A stretch of 5,028 nucleotides of DNA. It comes from Octopus sinensis. Lineage: Eukaryota. Every line of letters starts with the position of its first letter. The stretch's first letter is position 1. The notes below the pieces were generated by a model. The model was not told the origin of the DNA and made no database searches. It saw only the letters and a list, made by a program, of their open reading frames with translations. The position numbers and the translations under genes were made by a program. Below, one piece after another: positions 1-5,028 of this stretch. Where the stretch lies: the NCBI RefSeq assembly GCF_006345805.1, contig NW_021830264.1, positions 1 through 5,028 on the forward strand, written 5' to 3'.

Positions 1-506
1 CTAACAAAATTTTTATCTTTATTTATATTTTTTTGTCTTTTGTCAGTAAGTGTTATTTCCTACGTGTTTCTGTCTAGAAATCAAAGGAAATGACTGTTAT
101 TCCCTTCACACTTTGCTTTTGTGACCTGAACATCAATGTTTTGAAACTTACCTATTTTCCATTACATTTCAGGCAGATTCAGCGCTGAGTTGCTGAAGCA
201 AAAATAAAATTATAACAAATATTCTGCTCAATGCCACAGATCTGCTTCTAAATTGCTTGACCTTAACCACTGAAGCATGTCCCTTAGTGGCTGACAATAT
301 GTGCATCTCTGATCATGAGCAGGAATAGTGGGGAAGCATTATTTCCTTGTACTGAGAGGGATTCTTCGGGGTTTGAATAAGCAAACTTTGAAGGAAATAT
401 TAGCCATTTTTCATACTTTCTACGGATAAGCAAATAGGAAATAACAGCTGCTACTCAAGGACAAAAATCGTGTTACACAGTGTTATATTTATGACTCCCC
501 AAATAT

Positions 507-728
507 AATTTTCTTTTCTACTCTAGGTACAAGGCCCGAAATTTTGGGGGGAGGGGGCCAGTCGATTAGATCGACCCCAGTCCTCAACTGGTACTTAATT
601 TATCGACCCCGAAAGGATAAAAGGCAAAGTCGACCTCGGCAGAATTTGAACTCAGATCGTAAAGACGAACGAAATACCACTAAGCATTTCGCCCGTCGTG
701 CTAACGTTTCTGCCAGCTCACCGCCTTA
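507..728 (-). mobile_element. tRNA-derived SINE, family A, apparently full length, with 13-bp target-site duplication
   Basis: Minus strand starts AAGGCGGTGAGCTGGCAGAAACGTTAG (A-box-like, 701-715) and has B-box GAGTTCAAATTC (642-653). Central segment GTCGACTTTGCCTTTTATCCTTTCGGGGTCGATAAATTAAGTACCAG resembles, from memory, the Meta/MESC-type SINE domain. A-rich/ATT tail near 507-520. Flanked by ACTCCCCAAATAT (494-506) and ACTCTCCAAATAT (729-741), 12/13 identical. A second diverged copy lies at 2487-2631. Confidence 0.9.
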
Positions 729-1328
729 ACTCTCCAAATATTATACTGTTCTGTTTACTTTGATTATGTGCAATCTGTTGTAATCAATGATTCACTCGTT
801 ACTCTATATTATGCTATTTTTTTGCAATAAATGTTCTACCTAGTTTCACAAATGTTGTACTTGCATATATATGTATTTAAAACGTCCAAAATACATGCAT
901 ATTTATACGTTGCGTCCATGATTTTACGAACAGGTTACATTTTCAAAAGGTTGTCAAAAGACAGCAAGTTGAAATTTTGCAAAAGCTGCGTGTTTGCAAA
1001 ATATTTGACACATTCCGTGGAAAAGCTACAAAAGTACATAATAAGCATGATTGTCCATATTCACAGAAAAAAAAAATTGTTGAAGAACAAAGTTTTTGTG
1101 TAGACATGAGGAGGCGATAACACCTTGGCCTGCTAAACTTCCATTCAGTAATACATTTTTATTTTGTTGCATAAACCAAGAAATACAAGCATGCAGCGTT
1201 ATAATAAATAGGTTAAAGTTGAATACGATACTCCTAGTAAGCTGACTTCAAAAGGTAAAAGTGGAATACAGTGGAATATAAGAAGTAGAATCAGGAATAG
1301 CGGAATAAGTCTATATATATAAATACAT

Positions 1329-1528
1329 AGGCGCAGGAGTGGCTGTGTGGTAAGTAGCTTGTTTACCAACCACATGGTTCCGGGTTCAGTCCCACTGCGT
1401 GGCATCTTGGGCAAGTGTCTTCTACTATAGCCTCGGGCGGACCAAAGCCTTGTGAGTGGATTTGGTAGACGGAAACTGAAAGAAGCCTGTTGTATATATG
1501 TATGTACACACACACACACACACACACA

Positions 1529-1572
<44 letters not shown>

Positions 1573-1773
1573 TGTGTGTCTGTGTTTGTCCCCCTAGCAT
1601 TGCTTGACAACCGATGCTGGTGTGTTTATGTCCCCGTCTCTTAGCGGTTCGGCAAAAGAGACAGATAGAATAAGTACTGGGCTTACAAAGAATAAGTCCC
1701 GGGGTCGAGTTGCTCGATTAAAGGCGGTGCTCCAGCATGGCCGCAGCCAGATGACTGAAACAAGTAAAGGAGT
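1329..1773 (+). mobile_element. tRNA-derived CORE-like SINE, family B, with an internal microsatellite
   Basis: A-box TGGCTGTGTGG (1340-1350) and B-box-like GGTTCAGTCCC (1383-1393). CTTGGGCAAGTGTCTT...AGCCTC (about 1406-1434) resembles the start of the MIR/CORE domain (CTTGGGCAAGTTACTT...AGCCTC). Internal CA/TA tract at 1493-1570. The 3' part ends GCATGGCCGCAGCCAGATGACTGAAACAAGTAAAGGAGTA. No convincing TSD, so the ends are approximate. Confidence 0.85.
1493..1570. repeat. Compound microsatellite (AC)11 + (TA)17 inside the family B SINE
   Basis: AC run at 1506-1528 and TA run at 1535-1568, with short TATATG/ATATAT linkers, read directly from the sequence. Confidence 0.98.
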
Positions 1774-2100
1774 ACATGTAGCGTATTAAATATATATTAA
1801 AATAGCGTGTTTTGTGTGTATTGATTAGATTTACCAATGAGAAAACAGGGGGGAAATATGTTGGTCATCATAATTTATGAACATAAATACATCAATTGAG
1901 CACAATGAGACAAAAGAGAGAACAGAATGAACTTTCGAAAGCGAAAAAATGAACAGAACGAATCGAGCCCGTGTGTCGAAGATAGTCTCGTATCAAATGA
2001 TTTAGGAAGTAAATCATTTAAAGTGAAACAGATTCAACAACTTCAAATAGTTAAGTGTGACTCACAAAATAAAAGAAAATTTATACGAATGCATGTGGCG

Positions 2101-2133
2101 TATTATATATATATATATTATATATATATATAT

Positions 2134-2165
<32 letters not shown>

Positions 2166-2176
2166 ATATATATAAT
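2101..2176. repeat. Interrupted (TA)n microsatellite
   Basis: TA run with TT interruptions at 2103-2104, 2118-2119, 2133-2134 and 2154-2155. Confidence 0.98.
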
Positions 2177-2395
2177 AACGTGACCTCGTGTGTACCGTTG
2201 GCGATTTTTTCCTCTGTCTTCCCTTCTCTGGATCTTTCCTTCTCCTATGTTTCCGACGATATATATATCGAAACAGTAAGGACTTCTGGTATACTTGAAT
2301 GAGGAAAGAAGGCCACGAATGACCTGTCTTTTTTTTTTGCCTGTCCTAATTGTTGCTTCTCCTGTCCGCCTTTGTATCGTCTATCTCTCAAATGC
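2177..2395 (+). mobile_element. Putative Penelope-like element (PLE) terminal-repeat fragment
   Basis: Abuts a (TA)n tract and has long pyrimidine-rich stretches (about 2205-2246 and 2326-2390) around a CUGANGA...GAAA-like motif (2253-2273). PLE terminal repeats are known to carry minimal hammerhead motifs. No RT or GIY-YIG coding sequence is visible, so the family and the right boundary are inferred. Confidence 0.45.
2248..2283 (+). ncRNA. Degenerate type I hammerhead-ribozyme-like motif (probably inactive)
   Basis: TGTTT-CCGACGA-TATATATATC-GAAA-C-A-GTA-AGGAC follows the order stem I / CUGANGA / stem II / GAAA / minimal stem III / GUA triplet / stem I'. U4 is replaced by C and the G10.1-C11.1 closing pair is missing. 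Confidence 0.4.
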
Positions 2396-2486
2396 ACACT
2401 CACACATACAAAAAAAAGATGTATACATATGTATTTATGTACGTGTATGTGAAAGACAATGTGTGTGTGCATGAGAGAGAGAGGAG
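2396..2486. repeat. Low-complexity CA / TATG / GT / GA tract
   Basis: cacactcacacatac, atgtatacatatgtatttatgtacgtgtatg, gtgtgtgtg and gagagagagagg in succession. Confidence 0.75.
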
Positions 2487-2631
2487 GACTGATATCTTAC
2501 TTTATCGATCCCGAAGGGATGAAAAGCGAAGTTGACCACAGCAGGATTTGAACTCAGAGCGTAAAGACGCGGAAGAAATGGCGCTAAGCAATTTTTCCGA
2601 CGTGCCTACGCTTCCGCCATCTCTCTGACTT
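2487..2631 (-). mobile_element. Family A SINE, older diverged copy lacking the 3' part
   Basis: Aligns colinearly with about 587-727: tttatcgatcccgaagggatgaaaagcgaagttgacc vs tttatcgaccccgaaaggataaaaggcaaagtcgacc. B-box at 2546-2555 (atttgaactc), and ctaagca is shared. Nothing corresponding to 507-586 is present. Confidence 0.85.
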
Positions 2632-2940
2632 ATACCCTATAATACATTGCACTACAATCTGTTGCATACACGACAGTATATTGTACTGTATTATATAGTA
2701 CAGCATATAGCCCAGTCCGGGAATCGAACTCACTACCTCATCATTGTGAGCCCGATGCCCTAACCGCTGAGCCATGTGTCTTCATTACACTATAATACAT
2801 TGTTGCATACACGACTGTATATTGTACTATATTATATTGCCTATTTTATAGTGTACTATATTATATACACTAAAGTACAATGAACCATACACTACATACC
2901 TAATAGTACATCGTACCATATAATATATATACTATGATAA
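2632..2940. repeat. Degenerate TAC/TAT-rich local repeat (U); copies at 2632-2708, 2785-2940 and 3282-3416, with similar sequence at about 4760-4800
   Basis: Shared motifs taatacatt and atacacgac(a/t)gtata in the three U copies. GTACTATATTAT is exact at 2824, 2853 and 4776 and has one mismatch at 2683. A 31-bp sub-period appears at 2866/2897 and 3361/3392. Confidence 0.75.
2709..2784 (-). mobile_element. Isolated tRNA-like head of the family C SINE
   Basis: A-box TGGCTCAGCGG (2764-2774) and B-box GTTCGATTC (2721-2729). 30 bp are identical to 3218-3247 (gaatcgaactcactacctcatcattgtgag). The CORE and tail are absent. Confidence 0.88.
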
Positions 2941-3282
2941 AGGGTAATGACCCCTTTTGGTCATGAATGACCACGGGATTGCTCTTAGCAAGTTCCCCTC
3001 TGAGGCACAAGCCCGGGCAGGGTTGTTTATAGAAGACCAGCAGTAGCCCATGCATACCAGCCTCTCCTCTCCGCGCCACCAATGTTGTCCAAGGGAAGGC
3101 AAAGGGGCCGATACAGCTTGGCACCTGTGATATCACAACTCATTTCTACAGCTGAGTAAACTGGAGCAACGTGAAATAAGTGTCTTGCTCAAGAACACAA
3201 CACACAGCCCTGTCCAAGAATCGAACTCACTACCTCATCATTGTGAGGCCGACGCTCTAACCACCGAGCCATGTGCTTTCAC
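2941..3282 (-). mobile_element. tRNA-derived CORE-SINE, family C, near full length (possibly an octopus OR-type family)
   Basis: A-box TGGCTCGGTGG (3261-3271) and B-box GTTCGATTC (3218-3226). CORE-like TGTGTTCTTGAGCAAGACACTT...CAGTTTACTCAGCTGTAGAAATG (about 3140-3198) matches MIR core TGTGACCTTGGGCAAGTTACTT...CAGTTTCCTCATCTGTAAAATG. A GC-richer 3' body ends GGGGTCATTACCCT. The OR-type assignment is from memory. Confidence 0.88.
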
Positions 3283-3418
3283 TACACTGTAATACATTCT
3301 AGCATATTACATACACGACAGTATAGTCCTATATTATATATGATAGGCCCGAGTATTATGTACTCTAAAGTATCATGTACCATGTTTTATATACGCTAAA
3401 GTGCATTGTATAATATCA

Positions 3419-3448
3419 AACACACATGATAGAAATAAAAAGACACCC
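3419..3448 (+). repeat. Left terminal inverted repeat of the Tc1 element (degenerate)
   Basis: 19/24 identity to the reverse complement of 4730-4753, with mismatches mostly transitions. It lies about 70-100 bp beyond the transposase end. Confidence 0.65.
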
Positions 3449-3518
3449 TTATAATCATTAATGTTTATTTAAGTCTGAAATTATACATTCAAATTATTTA
3501 TTGTTATAATGTGAATAT

Positions 3519-4630
3519 ATAATATTTAGTTGATATGCCCTTTGCATGTTACTGATCAGACGACGAATATTCTCTTGGGAATTTCTTGCCAAGTTTCATG
3601 TAGTAATCATAAAAGATCTGGCTTTGAAGCTTATGAAGTATCCTGTCCATTATGTCCCATTGGTGTTCAATGGGGTCCATATCTAGCGACTGACTTGACG
3701 ATGGAAGCTTTTCAATGACAGTCTCATACAACAAATCTTGTGTCATTTTAGCCGTGTGACAAAGAGACCCATCTTCCATAAATAAAGAGTCTTCTTTAAT
3801 CATCTTACCACTGGAGAAGATTGGAAGGAATCCTTTTTGCGATATGAACACATTTATCTGAGTTTGTTTCCCTCTCACTCCACCAGCTCTGATCAACCAT
3901 TGCTCCAAATTGCTTCCCAGACCGAATAGCCGCCGTGTTTCATTGTTGACTGCAATCTTTTCACATCAAATTCTTGATCACAGTGTCTCCAGACCCACAC
4001 GCGACCACTGTCAGGAAATACAGTAAATCTGGACTCATCAGTGAATATGACAGTGTCCTAAAATGCTAATGGCCTCGCCACCATCTCACTGGCCCAATCT
4101 TTTCTCCGCTTGATGTTGTCTGGTCAAAGAAGTGGGTTTCTTCTTGCTGCTCTGCCATAGTAACCAAGTTTGTGGGGATACCTGACAGCAGTTCTGAGAC
4201 TGACATCAATTGTTGTCAGAAGCCTTACAACGAAGATTATCCTCTACACTTCCCTTAGCAAAGAGAAGGGTCCTGACTGAGGGCCTTGGTCGACCTGGGC
4301 GTGGTGATGCGGATTTCTTCCCCTCTCTGGTGAATTGCACAATCATTCTATTAACTGTAGAAAGCGGAATCCCAAGATTTTCTGTCCTTTTACTCTGACT
4401 GTGTCCACTTTCAGAATAACCCACAATGCGGCCCCTTTGAAATTCAGACAGTTCCAAGATTTCTTTTGTACATGGGTGAGGTGATGTGGACTCTTTCCCC
4501 TCTCCAGGGAATTGCACAATCACTCTATTAACTGTTGAAAGCGGCATCCCCTAGTTTTCTGTGATTTTACGTTATGTCCAATTTCAGAATGACCCATGAT
4601 GCGGCCTCTTTGAAATTTTGTACATGACAT
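3519..4630 (-). pseudogene. Tc1-like transposase pseudogene with several stops and frameshifts
   Basis: Manual translation gives ATG at 4630 (MSCTK...), then [12 protein letters not shown]...[10 protein letters not shown] (HTH) and the GRPR linker. Next come VSLRTAVRYPHKLGYYGRAARRNPLL*, then W(*)[11 protein letters not shown] (first D codon at 4037-4039, TAG at 4058-4060, TGA at 4124-4126). The catalytic end reads FMEDGSLCHTAK...SQSLDMDPIEHQW, with exactly 34 residues between D and E, followed by LHETWQEIP and a C-terminal AKGISTKY. Supplied ORFs 4206..4547 and 3549..3908 are fragments of it. Confidence 0.95.
4296..4624 (-). repeat. Tandem duplication of transposase codons 3-61 (177-bp unit): 4296-4472 and 4473-4624
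   Basis: Constant 177-bp offset (aattgcacaatca at 4333 and 4510). The upstream copy has 21-bp and 4-bp deletions. I count by hand 24 mismatches in 147 aligned nt. Confidence 0.93.
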
Positions 4631-4728
4631 GATTAAACAGTCACATATAGAACCTGAAACATAGAAATGTCAATTAATAAAAAATATAAACCTTTATAAG
4701 TTAGAATAAGCACAAAACGATGTTCTAT

Positions 4729-4759
4729 GGGACGTCTATTTACTTCTGTCATGCTTGTG
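4729..4759 (-). repeat. Right terminal inverted repeat of the Tc1 element (degenerate)
   Basis: Reverse complement reads TA-CACAAGCATGACAGAAGTAAATAGACGTCCC, bounded by a TA at 4760-4761. It lies about 100-130 bp upstream of the ATG. Confidence 0.7.
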
Positions 4760-4860
4760 TACATCATAATCAATAGTACTATATTATGCTCTAGTATATT
4801 GCGCCGGATTACATAGATTACAGTAGGTTAGTCCACGGTGATGCGTAAGGAGCAACGTAC

Positions 4861-4994
4861 AGGTTTCTCGGTTTCCATGGCGTATAAATTCCTCACCTGG
4901 ACGGGGAGCTAGTCTGTCGCACGGTTACTCCTTTTTGCCAGCTGAGTGGACTGGAGCAACGTGAAACGAAGTGATTTCTGCAAGAACAAAACGC
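4861..4994 (-). mobile_element. CORE-SINE fragment, family D (same CORE as family C, different 3' part, head not seen)
   Basis: cagctgagtggactggagcaacgtgaaacgaagtg...caagaacaaaac (4939-4992) matches 3149-3201. The sequence to the left (4861-4926) is unrelated to the family C tail. No A/B boxes appear before the window ends. Confidence 0.75.
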
Positions 4995-5028
4995 TACGGA
5001 AAAAAAGACAAAGCCCAGCAACACCACC

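Larger units (their letters stand above)
3419..4759 (-). mobile_element. Decayed Tc1-family (IS630-Tc1-mariner, DD34E) DNA transposon
   Basis: Broken transposase at 3519-4630. Degenerate TIRs: CATGATAGAAATAAAAAGACACCC (3425-3448) vs the reverse complement of 4730-4753, CATGACAGAAGTAAATAGACGTCC (19/24). TA at 4760-4761; the left equivalent position reads CA (3417-3418). Two minus-strand AATAAA signals follow the coding end (3497-3502 and 3464-3469). Confidence 0.9.

Noticed and set aside
41-51. Plus-strand GTAAGT donor-like motif overlapping a T-rich acceptor-like AG
   Set aside because: No plausible exon upstream within the window, and it is not an AG|GT recursive site.
544-729. 61-aa plus-strand ORF
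   Set aside because: Lies antisense within the family A SINE and has no protein-like features.
975-1001. TTTTGCAAA / TTTGCAAAA inverted repeat
   Set aside because: Short, A/T-run-dominated and self-palindromic arms; expected by chance in AT-rich DNA.
831-1103. 90-aa ORF MFYLVSQ...
   Set aside because: AT-rich, with K/I/F/Y-biased composition and no recognisable domain or splice context; a length expected by chance.
1259-1310. Degenerate AGTGGAATA repeats
   Set aside because: Only two good units plus decayed ones; an ordinary low-complexity stretch, not a CRISPR-like or satellite array.
1199-1789. ORFs 1199..1600, 1425..1610 and 1604..1789
   Set aside because: Read through the SINE and its microsatellite (YIYIYI and CVCVCV runs), which lacks stop codons.
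1927-2535. ORFs 1927..2175, 2057..2302, 2245..2472 and 2350..2535
   Set aside because: Their length depends on TA/CA/GA simple repeats. The K/R-rich start of 1927..2175 matches nothing I recognise.
2709-2784. Possible tRNA gene (76 nt, D-arm pairs, CT-CAC-AA loop)
   Set aside because: The anticodon stem, T-stem and acceptor stem do not pair, and it is near-identical to the head of the SINE at 3207-3281.
2584-3136. ORFs 2584..2775 and 2900..3136 (minus)
   Set aside because: Translations of SINE head and body sequence.
2632-3340. Repeat-spacer-like alternation of U with other sequence (CRISPR-like appearance)
   Set aside because: Repeats are variable in length and degenerate, the spacers are SINE pieces, the context is eukaryotic, and there are no cas genes.
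4030-4043. Minus-strand CTGATGAG, a hammerhead core-like heptamer
   Set aside because: It is the T-D-E codons of the transposase catalytic motif, with no stem II or GAAA following.
3530-4398. Plus-strand ORFs 3530..3718 and 4210..4398
   Set aside because: Antisense shadows of the Tc1 transposase.
4849-4962. 10-bp direct repeat GGAGCAACGT at 4849 and 4953
   Set aside because: One copy is internal to the CORE domain, so it is not a TSD. A single 10-mer match is too weak to infer a rearrangement.

Overview
Non-coding eukaryotic DNA made almost entirely of transposon remnants and microsatellites. No intact protein-coding gene, rRNA, tRNA or CRISPR array is supported. I recall these repeat families from cephalopod (Octopus-type) genomes, but that taxonomic call is from memory, not a search. 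Contents: (i) six tRNA-headed SINE copies or fragments from about four families, several with a CORE-like domain, one with a 13-bp target-site duplication; (ii) a decayed Tc1-family DD34E DNA transposon on the minus strand (about 3419-4759) with degenerate TIRs and an in-frame 177-bp tandem duplication of its N-terminal HTH region; (iii) a pyrimidine-rich fragment next to a (TA)n tract carrying a degenerate type I hammerhead-ribozyme-like motif, suggestive of a Penelope-like element terminal repeat; (iv) an approximately 495-bp-offset local duplication of a SINE head plus flank. The supplied ORFs are artefacts of repeats, except three that overlap the broken transposase, of which the two minus-strand ones are real fragments. 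I do not see a convincing new biological system. The best leads are the duplicated-HTH transposase, the hammerhead-like relic and the stacked same-strand SINE heads.
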